Of a stretch of DNA of 64,000 bases, positions 26,961 through 38,535 are shown one piece after another. Numbering within the stretch: the stretch's first letter is position 1; the number at the start of each line of letters is the position of its first letter. Below the pieces are notes generated by a model. It had not been told where the DNA came from. It did no database searches and was given only the letters and a program-made list of their open reading frames with translations. Position numbers and translations under genes: made by a program. Origin of the DNA: Okamejei kenojei. Its lineage: Eukaryota. Location: positions 42,036,001 to 42,100,000 of the forward strand of contig CM069143.1 in NCBI GenBank assembly GCA_035221665.1, in the 5' to 3' direction.

Positions 26961-28021
26961 CAAAAAAATGAATGCTGGAAATGACCAGCAGGCCAAGCAG
27001 CATCCATGGGGAGAACAAATCTAAGTTAATATTACGCCAACATTTTCAGAGTTAGCAAAGGCATTTCAGGCTGAATGGTTTCTACTAGTGTTAAACAGTT
27101 GAAACTTCTAACAGGTTCCAGTCAGTAAAGTTAAAGGAGCACAGTATCAGCTAACTTCCTTCCACAGTGGGTTTAATTTTGTTTCTTCCCACTCTGATAT
27201 AACTTAAGGGATTCACCAAACAAATGCAACTAAGCCATCAGATTTTTCTGGTTTTGCATAATTTATCCATTTTGGGTAAGCAGTGGAATTAGTCCATGCC
27301 TGGCATAGAGTGAATGGTGCACTGGGAGACTGAATTCAGGTATTTAAGTTTTCATAAACATCATTTGAAGAGAAGTTCCATCTTCAGGGTTACAGGTTTA
27401 CATGATGCAAAATTAATGACATGCTTTTAAGCAAATGAAGTGATCTAATGCACAGCTCTACTCTGTCAGGATTGTATATTGCTTCTGTCCATTTCAGCTG
27501 AGACATTCCTGACTCAACGAGTTTCTGCAAACTATTCTCTTTTATTTTCAGTTTCACCAGTTTTTGCTCTCTGATGCCAAACATCCATGGCAGAAGTGGC
27601 ATATGAATTAAACTGATGTGTTGTAATTGTGCTTTTAGAGACTGGAAATGCAATGCACATTTCATCAGCAATCCTACAGTACTGGAATCTAGTTCTGGTA
27701 AGTTGGCATGTATGGCAATAATCATTTGAATCCCTATATTGAGCTTGCAATCACGATATCATTGATGTAGAATAGGTATCTGTACATTTTGTCATTGACA
27801 AAAAATAAACTAAGCTATTAAAAAGACCTATAATTTTGAAAATCATGTGGGGGAAAGAACTTTGTTTTTGCAAATTTGACACTCTCTAGCCTCATATTCC
27901 CTTTTTCCTATCCACACAATTGTTTTTAGAACGTAATCTTCTATAAGATGAGACTTCTTAGGAATACAAAAATCCTGATGCCGCTGCACTACCAATGTGT
28001 TTCCATTCTGTAATCAATGAA

Positions 28022-28622
28022 TAAGAGCAGGGAGGTTCTACTGCAGTTGTACAGGATCTTGGTGAGGCCACACCTAGAGTATTGCGTACAGTTTGGTCTC
28101 CTAATCTGAGGAAAGACATTCTTGCCATAGAGAGAGTACAGAGAAGGTTCACCAGACTGATTCCTGGGATGGCAGGACTTTCATATGAAGAAACACTGGT
28201 ACTCGCTAGAATTTAGAAGATTGAGGGGGGATCTTATAGAGACTTACAAAATTCTTAAGGGGTTGGACAGGCTAGATGCAGGAAGATTGTTCCCGATATT
28301 GGGGAAGTCCAGAGCAAGGGGTCACAGTTTAAGGTTAAGGAGGAAGTCTTTTAGGGCCGAGATGAGAAAATCATTTTTCACACAGAGTGGTGAATCTGTG
28401 GAATTTTCTGCCACAGAAGGTAGTTGAGGACAGTTCATTGGCTATATTTAAGAGGGAGTTAATTGTGGCCCTTGTGGCTAAAGGGATCAGGGGGTATGGA
28501 GAGAAGGCAGATACAGGATGCTGAGGGATGATCAGCCATGATCATATTGAATGGCGGTGCAGGCTCGAAGGGCCGAATGGCCTACTCCTGCACCTAATTT
28601 CTATGTTTCTATGTTTCTATGT
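28022..28622 (+). mobile_element. 5'-truncated CR1 (HER1-like) LINE 3' end
   Basis: Closely similar to 6497-7087 (YSLEFRRLRGDLIETYKILKG); (TTTCTATG)n tail. Confidence 0.93.
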
Positions 28623-29034
28623 AACATTCCCTACATATGTGACATTAAGCTATTGCTGAAAGTTTCCATGTCTGGAACCAATGGCTTGAAGAGCAGAAAC
28701 GTTTTAAATGTACAGCATTCTTAGTTCTACCCTTCCTTCTATGGTTCAGCTGGATATAAGATGTATCAAGACTTTTTAACTGAAAAACAGAGTTGCTAAT
28801 CAATAGCCTTCACTCAACAAACACCAGCAAAAATAGATAAACTGAATAGACTAGGCAACAATGAAGTATTTTGCATTTGCCTATATCATAACATATTTTA
28901 AAAACTAACTAATCCTTTGAAATAGCTCTTGGATTTGAAAACGCAAATATAACAAAAATGATTTTTTTAAATAAACATTGAATCATCTTAAGGTTCCTTA
29001 ATTGCTGACCATAAAATAAATCTAAATAATATGT

Positions 29035-29142
29035 ATTGGAAAGAACTGCAGTTGCTGGTTTAAATCAAAGATAGGCAAAACTCAGAGGGACAGGCAGCAT
29101 CTCTGGAGAGGAGTGGATGATGTTTCGGGTCGAGACCCTTCT
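29035..29142 (-). mobile_element. Penelope-derived hammerhead-motif repeat (partial)
   Basis: ggaaagaactgcagttgctgg...ggcagcatctctggaga...atgtttcgggtcgagacccttctt. Confidence 0.75.
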
Positions 29143-29174
29143 TATTTCTGTTGGGTGCTCCTGCAAACTACATA

Positions 29175-29475
29175 CATAAAAGTGGTCACCAGATACCTCC
29201 AGATTCAGGGACAGTTTCTTCCCAGCTGTCATCAGGCAACTGCACCATCCTATCACCAACTAGAGAGCAGTCCTGACCTACCATCTACCTCACTGGAGAC
29301 CCTTGGTCTATCTTTTATCAGACTTTACTGGACTTTATCTCGCACTAAGTGTTGTTCGCTTTATCCTTGTACATGTACACTGTGGACGTAGTAGTCTATA
29401 GTCTTTTTGCTGACTGGATAGCAAGCAACAAAAATGCTTTTCACTGTATCCCTGTACAGGTGACAATAAACAAAA
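29175..29475 (+). mobile_element. Rex1/Babar-like LINE 3' end
   Basis: ccagattcagggacagtttcttcccagctgtcatcagg (RFRDSFFPAVIR) and 3' end cactgt...gtgacaataaa. Confidence 0.8.
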
Positions 29476-30554
29476 CTATATGCTGGTGTCACTCTATATT
29501 TGAAAATCAGTCTGGTCAGATTGTCAACTTGGTCTTTTATAGAAAGGATTTGTATCTGTAATTGGTTGGGTTAAGGTAATCTACTCAGGACTGGGAGGAA
29601 ACCTGAAGTAGGTGTGGAGATGTCCAGGTGTTGTGACCCACATACGAACCACTCATAGATAGAACTAAGAAGGAAGCTTTGTTGGAAGTATAATAGAAGC
29701 TGGGGTCTAAATTAACAAGTAGAACCACAAAGACAGTAATCACCATTTTTCACCATTTTACCACCTGAGCCATGTGCAACTTAGCCTTGCAGATCAAATA
29801 ATTGAAAGAACGGCTCAAAGTGGTGTGGAAGAAATGGGTCTTAATTCCTGGGCCACTGGTACTACTACTGGCCAACAAGCAAATTGATCCTTTGTAACAG
29901 CTTTACTTGAATTGGCCCAAGATCAGAATGACAAGAAGCAGAAAACACAAAGTTCATAGGCCTACTAAAGTAAGCTACCCATAGTCCAAGTATACACAAA
30001 AATAGCCATACTGTTGGGCAGAAATAATTTGACTTTTAACAAAAGTTATGGACTAATCTTTGGGGATTATACCTATCCTATAAATTGGGCAAATCAAATT
30101 GGTAAAACTATTATTAAGCACATTTATGGGATATACTTTAGATAATTTCCGAGAACAATATCTGTGGACCCAATCTGCAATCAGGCTATTTTAGATTAAT
30201 CACATATAATGAGACAGTATAAATTAGCATCCTAGTATGATACAACTTTTGATTCATTTTCAGTCTGATAAATTTACTGTAAATCCATAAATAGAGCCAT
30301 AAATGGAAGCAAAAGCAATAATTAAAGATAAACTGCAAGTTAATTAAAGTCAATTGAAAACTTAATATATAAGCAGCAGCAGTCATCTAAACAAATGTTT
30401 TATAATTTTCAAAAAATATGCATCTATTGAAAAGTAAGTTCATGGGAAAGGTGATTAATCTACATCAATATAAAGAAGCACAGAAAGGTACTCATTGAAA
30501 AAACAATGTACAAGTTGCAGAGAATAGTAGTAGTAGATGATCACAAAGAGTCTG

Positions 30555-31015
30555 GAAAGAGATAGAAGCAAATGCAATAGTGGCTGCAAGGGTGGGTGGA
30601 GTACAAAAGTAAGGAAGGTTTACTACCACCATAGAATTTTGATGAAGTTATGCAGCATGATGAAATCATGCTTATAATTATTCTCTTTAGCTTTGGAGAA
30701 TCCGATCTCATTGACGCATAACAGATTTTGATAGGGATTGAGGAATAGATGCTGGATGGATTTTTCTTCCACATTCGTGGAATCTAGAAGCAGGAGGCAT
30801 AGTTTCAAGATGAAGATGGAGACGTATGACTGGGAAGAAGAGGAACTTTATATTTCTGAATTTTTGGACTTCTCTATGCCAGAGAGTGTGGGCGCAAAAT
30901 TGTTGAGTATATTCAAAACTGTGATACATAGGACGGAGACTAGGAGGGGGCATGCGATTTTATGAATTTGAGCATAAATTATTAAAGCCAAAACTCAGAT
31001 CATTATTGAGAAGTG
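30555..31015 (+). mobile_element. Old CR1 LINE 3' fragment
   Basis: Degenerate tattctctttag..ttggaga..gatctcattga..taacagatttt and SRSRRHSFK, similar to the CR1 C-terminus. Confidence 0.6.
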
Positions 31016-31224
31016 AACTAGGTACCGTTATTTTTTTCTTACCTTCCAATATTTAATTTTAATACTGTCTTTAATCAGCCAAGTAACTAATTTCTAACCT
31101 GCAGTCTTCTAGAAGACTCAGGCTTCTTAGGGGTTTAATACTGAAAATCAGGGTGCATCTAATAGCACAGTAGTAGATTAATTTTTAAACTTATTTTATT
31201 TCCACATATTTTTGAAGAAGTATA

Positions 31225-32072
31225 AATGAATAGTGAAAGGCTTGGATAGATTGGATGTGGAGAGGATGTTTCCACTAGTGGGAGTGTCTAGGACTAGAGG
31301 TCAGAATTAAAGGAAGGAGATGAGGAGAAATCTCTTTAGTCAGATGAATTTGTGGAATACCCACAGAAGGCTGTGGAGGCCAAGTCAATGGATATTTTTA
31401 AAGCAGAGATAGATATATTCTTGGGTACACAAAAAGCTGGAGAAACTCAGCGGGTGCAGCAGCATCTAAGGAGCGAAGGAGATAGGCGACGTTTCGGGTC
31501 GAGACCCTTCTTCAGACTGGTCAGGGATCAGGGAAACGAGAGATATAGACGGTGATGTGGAGGGATAAGGAACAATGAATGAAAGATATGCAAAAAAGTA
31601 TCGATGATAAAGGGAACAAGCCATTGTAAGCTGTTTGTGGTGTGAAAATGAGAAGCTGGTGCGACTGGGGTGGGGGAGGAAGATAGAGATAGAGGGAATG
31701 CCAGGGCCCGAGGGCTGAGGGAGAGGTGGGAAGGGGAGGGAAGGGGAGGAGACAGCAAGGGTTAACAGAATTGAGAAAATTCAATGTTCAAGCCCAAAGG
31801 ATGCAGACTCCCCAAGCGGAATATGAGGTGCTGTTCCTCCAGCTTGCGGTGTTGCTCACTCTGGCCGTGGAGAAGGCCCAGGACCGAGAGGTCGGATGCG
31901 GTCCACTACAAACCCACTGGGGCCCTTGATATATTCTTGATTAGTACAGGTGTCAGGGGTCATGGGCAGGAGAATAGGGTTATGCGGAAGAGATAGATCA
32001 TCCGTGATTAAAGACGGAGTAGACGTTGGGCGGAATGGCCTAATTCTGCTCCTATCACGTATGACCTTATGA
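31225..32072 (+). mobile_element. CR1 LINE 3' end split by a Penelope insertion
   Basis: ggcttggatagattggatgtggagaggatgtttccactagtgggag...gatatattcttg | gatatattcttgattagtacaggtgtcaggggt...aatggcctaattctgctcct. Confidence 0.8.
31424..31927 (-). mobile_element. Penelope-like element fragment: GIY-YIG endonuclease C-terminus, 3' UTR and hammerhead motif; 12-bp TSD
   Basis: The minus strand gives SDLSVLGLLHGQSEQHRKLEEQHLIFRLGSLHPLGLNIEFSQFC* and CTGAAGAAGGGTCTCGACCCGAAACGTC. TSD GATATATTCTTG at 31412-31423 and 31928-31939. Confidence 0.85.
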
Positions 32073-32361
32073 TATTATCAGAGCGCAGGAAGTGTTGCTC
32101 AGCCTATCCAGGCTCTTATTTCCTTTGTTCTGATTGTATTCTAGTTTAGTCAGCTTGAGAGTTTAAAGCCAGCAGATCTTAAACTGAGCTCGAGGCCACC
32201 ACATTTAGTCATACATGAATTTATTTTTTATTTCTTCAAGGATCTATGCTTTGTTTGTAGTGTATAACAGGAATGGGATTTTGTGTTATATATTTTACTG
32301 ACAATTCAGTGAGGATTGTAATGAATTAAAATACACTAATGGATGAATGTTAATTCCCATT

Positions 32362-32860
32362 CATAGAAACATGGAAACGTAGAAAATAGATGCAGGAGTA
32401 GGCCATTCGGCCCTTTGAGCCAGCACCATTCAATATGATCATGGCTGATCATCCAAAATCAGTACCCCGTTCCTGCTCTCGCCCCATATCCCTTGATTCC
32501 ATTAGCCCTAAGGGCTATATCTAACTCTCTCTTCAACGGCTACCGGAGCTTCGATCACCCTGACGGAAAGTTTGACTGCTCCGACCACGGGAGAAGTAAA
32601 GAGGAAGATGTTTGGACTTCTTTGCCTTCCATTCACAGTAAGGAAAGTGGGGAATTCGCTGTGGTGGTTGGTTATGTTAACTTTTATGTAGCTGTGTGGC
32701 TGTAGCTGTTTTTTTCGTATGGCTGTATGGTGATTCGCATATCACTGTTCCTTAATTGGTACATGTGACAATAAAATACCTTTGAAGCCTTTGAAACCTT
32801 TGAATACATCTAGTGAATTGGCCTCCACTGCCTTCTGTGGCAGAGAATTCCACAGATTTA
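32362..32860 (-). mobile_element. CR1 (HER1-like) 3' end interrupted by a SINE-like insert
   Basis: catagaaacatggaaacgtagaaaatag...ggagtaggccattcggccc, then resumes gaatacatctagtgaattggcctccactgcc at 32802. Confidence 0.8.
32535..32803 (+). mobile_element. Non-autonomous retroposon 3' part with (AACCTTTGA)n tail
   Basis: Homologous to 50440-50689. Confidence 0.75.
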
Positions 32861-33196
32861 CCTTCAGTGTCAAATCAATTTACAAGTTTGTGCACTTGCA
32901 ATATTTGATACTGATTCTCAGTCTGATATAGACAAACACCATTCAATCCTCCTACAAAGGGTATAGCAATAGCATGGGAGTGTTTGTATTCTTTAAAGTT
33001 ACAATGTAGGGGTAGGATCGCTCTCATTCTTTTGACATCTTCCTACAGTTAACTTTATATGTAGGAAGATAAAGAGAATATCTGGTCAACACTGTTGGCA
33101 TCTGCTCAGAGGAGTAAAAAGCTTTTTATGTTTATTCTTTTTTCCTACAATTCATATGAACATTTGAACATGGAGCCTGCACTCCTGGGTTAATAA

Positions 33197-33300
33197 TTGG
33201 GTCTGAAGAATGGTTCCAATCTAAAACATCACTTATCCATTTCTGCAGAGATGCTGCCTGACCCACTGAGTCACTCCAACACTTTGTATCTATCTTTACT
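33197..33300 (+). mobile_element. Degenerate Penelope-derived hammerhead repeat
   Basis: gggtctgaagaatgg...aaacatcac...cagagatgctgcctgacccactgagtcactcc. Confidence 0.65.
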
Positions 33301-34924
33301 AACTACAGATATTGTTTTTTCAATCATTGAAATAGTTGGAGGATTTACCAAGTGCCAATCAGACATACAATTAGCTTTTTTGATTTTTGGCTGAGTATTA
33401 ATAATAATGACCAGTAGAAGATAAGTACATACATACTTATTGGGGTTTGAACAATCAAATCAATTGATAATCTAAAAAAAACATGCCTATGCTTCCACAT
33501 ATCAAATGCCAAATGTACTATTATTCAACAACTTTGTGAGGGCACACAACAATGTACAGTTAACTCAGGGCCTTAAATAATAATCACAAATACTTCAAAA
33601 ATAAACGAAAGGTGGCACTTTGCTGATTCAATTCTTTGGTCAGGTGTGGTGATAATTAATTGGCCATAATTTAAGTAATATAGGCCAGACACCCACAATC
33701 ATTCATCACAGCCACTTCACAGCAAATCTGGGATGGCTGTGGAAGGTCTGTATGCTTGCCTGGAGAATCCCAGAGTCCTGAATCAAGGCACTACACAATG
33801 AGGAAGTGTTGTCCCAAAACTTTACTGGTCGCCTTGGCCGCCAGCAAAGCCTCATCCCCAGCTCTGCTGGCTGTTAAATCTGTATGATTTTTGACAAAGT
33901 GTAATATCTCTGTTATCCAGAAACATTTCAAACCCATTAAGAATGAAAAAAGAATAACATTTCAAAAATGAACATTTTTTTCCAAAACATGACTGATCAC
34001 AAAATCTTAAATTTACAATGTGCTAGTTAAGATGGTCAGATCAGCACTATGGCCAGAGATCCTGCTGAGTTCAATGGGGTGCCCAGCACCCCAGCAGAAG
34101 TCTAATTGAGAGCACAATGGCTTTCAAGTCATTTTCTACTTTCTGTGGGAATGAATGAATGAATGTCTAAAACCACTTGACTATCTTCTGATAAGAATAG
34201 CCAGCCATTATAGGAAATGCCAATTTACAAAACCCACATAATGTTAAATAATGCATTGCATCCTCATACCAGCTGTGCCACAAACATACAATGTAAATTA
34301 GCATAGTGTTACCCCCACACTATGTTGTTGCACATTACATTAATAACAAAGGGCTTTAATACCACTCTGACAATTATGTGCTTTGATATATAGTACAGTG
34401 CTGCCCCAAGTCACACTGCAAGTAATAAACTGTTAACTTTCACAGTTATGTTAATCCACCATATCAACTGGGGAATACAATAAGTACAGTGTATTACACT
34501 ACTTTGCCAGCTCCACATTACATCAACTGGTATAGAGTGCCAGTTCTAAGGTATGTTAACTTCTAAATTATTTCTCTTGTAGCAGGATATGTTTAAATAA
34601 ATTCTTTCAACGTTAAATCTATGTTGTTAAAAAGGTAAGAGAAAAGAAGAAAATGTTTCAGAAGGTGGAAAAACAGGAATATAAATGCAAAAAAATAAAC
34701 CTGAGATTGATAGGTTGCTTTTTTATAGGAAAATTCTAATTAAGCTTATGGTCGTAGACTGCTTTCTACCACTGCTAAAATATTGTAGAACTGTCAAAAA
34801 AGGCATCGAACTTCTGGCACAGATTTCCCATCCAAAATCATTGCCACCATCACCACACACCTGCAGATACCTGGTCTTATAATGTTGTATCTCCACATTG
34901 TCATCCAATGGCAGGTATGCCTGA

Positions 34925-35152
34925 GTAAAACACAAACTGCTGTAGTAACTCAGTGGGTCAGGCAGCAGCATCTGTGGAGGGAATGGACAGGCAATATTTC
35001 GGGTCAGAATTCTTTGTCAGTCTGAAGAAAGGTCCCGAGCCCAAATGTCGCCCATCCATTGCCTACACAGATGCTGCTGCCTGACCTGCTGAGTTACTCC
35101 AGCACTTTTATCTTTTGCTTAAGATTCCAGCATCTGTGGGTCCTTGTATCTC
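34925..35152. mobile_element. Palindromic (head-to-head) Penelope-derived repeat
   Basis: Arms gtaactcagtgggtcaggcagcagcatctgtg and cacagatgctgctgcctgacctgctgagttac around a centre tcagtctgaagaaagg. Confidence 0.75.
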
Positions 35153-35528
35153 TAGCAGGATTACTTAGGTAGAATCAGTGGGGAGCATCAGGAAGTTCTT
35201 TTAATTTTAAATATCTGTGTGAATTTTGCCACTAATTTCAAATAGAATCTAAAGCCACTTAATATGTTGTTGTGATTTATTTATGCACAAAGGTGCACAG
35301 AATAGTAAGATTAAACGAGAACTTACCAGTTCGAAGTTTGATCGTTATTTTATGAGGAGTAACGATGAGGGATTACGTGAAGAAGCCCCGCCTGGCGCTG
35401 GAACGGCATACTTCAAAGCAGCGGCATGAAAAACACAGAACATAATAGCCGGAGTAAGATAGTAAGGCTCAACATAGATTTAGAACTACCAGATGATCAT
35501 TTATTTTATGAGGGTCGGGAGTGGAGGG

Positions 35529-35641
35529 CACGTAATCCCTCATCGTTACTCCTCATAAAATAACGATCAAACTTCGAACTGGTAAGTTCTCGTTTAATCT
35601 TACTATTTTACTTCGGAGTCACGTGAGTGACTACGTGAAGA
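35529..35641. repeat. Internal complementary region (ICR) of the DIRS element
   Basis: A 79-bp perfect inverted copy of the left terminus fused at ATT to a 37-bp perfect inverted copy of the right terminus. Confidence 0.92.
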
Positions 35642-35949
35642 GTTTGAAGCTTCTGTGTTTTTCATGTCGTAGAATTTATTCCATACGACAGTCCGGCTCA
35701 TTCAACACAGTAACGAGCGAATAACACATTTTTCCCCAAACATTGCCAAAAGTTATGTGATAAATTATTTCACATTATAAAGAATAAAAGTAATGCCCTT
35801 TCCATTGAAAGGCAAGTTTATCACAAAATATCAATTTTGATGGTATGTATATTTTGATGGTATATTTTGATGGTATGAACAAAGCAACAATTATAGAGAA
35901 CCCAACACTCCGTGTCCAAACCTGACACCATGACTGGTTCCTTTTATTT

Positions 35950-36820
35950 AACATTTAATTTACACCCTCCTGCGGCCTTGCATCTTTGCTCGAGCGGCTC
36001 ATCCTGTGCCATTCCTGTGAATGTATCTACCTCATTAACAGAGTGATTTTCCACATTTCAGTGTCTAGTTCCACTGAGTGTTATTTAATTTCTAACCATC
36101 TAGAATACATTCCTCTAGAACCATCAGTTTTTACTGAAACCTAATGTGGTTATTTGTGTGTAATAAGTAGTGCTATCTCATCACCAGAGACTCTTACCTA
36201 CTTCAACATATTTTATCAATGTTCACACACACACACAACTTAAGGCCGACAGGATATGCTTATAGGTTTACCTTGGTTTCAGCTCTTCTTGGTGTGCTTT
36301 GTTTGGTAAATTCATAAACATATATGATAATGTAATCTGTATCCACATGCAATTATAACGTAATATTTGCAATGTTTGCACTCTTATGTTGATACTAAAG
36401 TCATCAGCATTATTACTTTTAATGTTAACTTTTTTGAATCATTGATAGAATTTAGAGTCCATTGCCTAAGGCAATTCAGGACTATTGATCTCCTGACTTA
36501 TGTATTACAATTTTGAACACATTATATATACATATATATATTTATATTTATATCTACATATATATCCCTTTCCATATCGGGATATTACGAATGCACCCGA
36601 TAACTTCTTGGTTAGTATATTGTCCGTTAATAGGACGATAACACTCTGAGCCCTATTATTGGCTCTATCAATTAGATACTCAGAAAAATGCAATCCACAA
36701 GGAACTCGCATATAACTAATATGACAAAATAACTTTACTGTATACACAGACTTCCAATTTCTTATAACAAAATATTGTTTTTTAAAACTTATTTCTGCAA
36801 ATTGCAGGTATAACACTTTT
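35950..36820 (-). pseudogene. Decayed tyrosine recombinase ORF of the DIRS element
   Basis: Motif remnants in DIRS YR order with many stops and frameshifts; includes track ORF 36505-36816. Confidence 0.55.
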
Positions 36821-36977
36821 TTTATACATAATTATTTTATTGTTATGTTGTTATATTAGTTAAACATTCCTAGACTTCTTTGACCATCAAACTGTTGTAA
36901 TGGTCTGGTCAACCTGCAGATAGTCAAATTCATATTTTCATGTCATGGATGCCTTTGTACAACAATAAATCACTGCA

Positions 36978-37074
36978 GAGTTACACAAAAACTGAAGAAC
37001 CCAGCGGGTGCAGCAGCATCCAAAGAGTGAAGGAGACAGGCGACGCCCCGGGTCGAGACCCCTCCTCAGACTTT
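36978..37074 (-). mobile_element. Short Penelope-derived hammerhead repeat nested in the DIRS element, with clustered T>C changes
   Basis: Aligns to 31426-31518; TSD AATAAAT(C/T)ACTGCA at 36964-36977 and 37075-37088. Confidence 0.85.
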
Positions 37075-38490
37075 AATAAATTACTGCAACTATGAATCAT
37101 CACAAGTGGTTCAACATCACTCAATATTTATGAAAACCATGAAGGATCCGTTTTGGGCCACCAAAATGCCTCTGGCAGTATCCTGCTACATTTTCATCAG
37201 ACACTGTCCTATCAAACAAAAATGAGGAACATAAAAGAACATCTTTCCTCATGTAATTGAAAGAAAAGCATCCATCTTTCCTGTTCTTGGTTTACCCACG
37301 AGAACATTTGAAAGATCGGTGATTTAATCTGTATGTAACCAGATTAATCGTAAGTAATCCATATTAATGACAATGTGTTTTCCTCCCTTAATTTGTTGTC
37401 TCCGATACCATTGTCTCTTCCTTAGAGATATGCCACATCTGTTTACTCAGATAATCCCATGATTATTATTTTACTTATCTTGTGTGTTTTAACATATGCC
37501 ACAGCCGTGGTATTGTTCACCTTGATATGACATGGACACTTCCATAATAGAACAATCGATAATTAATCCATAACTCCTTATACTTCAATAATTAATACAA
37601 ATGTTTGGAGAAATTTCTTAGGACAATCCATTTATGCTCACCTGGTATTATTGTCCGTAGTCCCAACAAGAGACGTATCAATTATTTTTATATGAATAGA
37701 TAATATTCTTATCTTTACCCAAATATTCACAGAAGCTGTCCATCATCTGTAACACTTGCTTCAGTTTGCAACAGCTGCTAAGCTTATAGTTGAAGCAGCT
37801 TGTGAACTTTTTTTTTTTTTTTTCATTACTTTAATAATGATAACATATCATTTGATATTTGCATAAGCCTCTCACAAAGGCATACATATTCTTATAAGCT
37901 TCTGTATTCCTTCTTTTGGAGCTTTATTTACTCCTTTCCTAATGGAGAAACAAAGTATGTCAACAAAACAATGAGACATATTTGTATCATGGAACAATTT
38001 TCCCCCTCTTATGGTGCTGAATTACTCCTAAATTCAGAATAGTAATTTATGAATATTTTATTAATGCCTAAGCATACGCTTTATGTGATGGGTCAGGTCC
38101 TTGCCTGCCAACAGGTTTGTAATTGCAGCACTAATTTGCAGCTGACTCTTTATAACCTTCCAATTTAAATGTGATCAAGATAACCCATGACCATGTCCTC
38201 ATTAGTGCAAGTGCTGATCTTTTTATCAGCACAATTGTTCTTCCAGTATTCTGTTTAACAGCCTTGAACTGGTTTTAATCCTTTAGACAATGTTTTAACT
38301 TGCACAGCTTGACCCATTTTAATTAATTTCAAGCACCTGTAATATTGATTAACAATTTGTTAATAACAACTGTATTTCAATGTTCAAGATGTTTCCATTT
38401 TAATAAAATGTTCTTACACTGTGAAAGTGTATACAAAATGATGTTTTGTATGGTTTATACCATCAAATCTTTACACTGAGGTAATTTTAT

Positions 38491-38493
<3 letters not shown>

Positions 38494-38533
<40 letters not shown>
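38494..38533. repeat. (TA)n microsatellite inside the DIRS body
   Basis: About 20 perfect TA units. Confidence 0.95.

Positions 38534-38535
<2 letters not shown>

Noticed and set aside
33640-33880. Possible ancient SINE or CNE fragment
   Set aside because: The resemblance is too vague to assign without a search.
35301-35607. 79-bp inverted repeat read as a MITE or pre-miRNA
   Set aside because: The right arm continues directly into the complement of a terminus 4.7 kb away, which is the DIRS ICR architecture.
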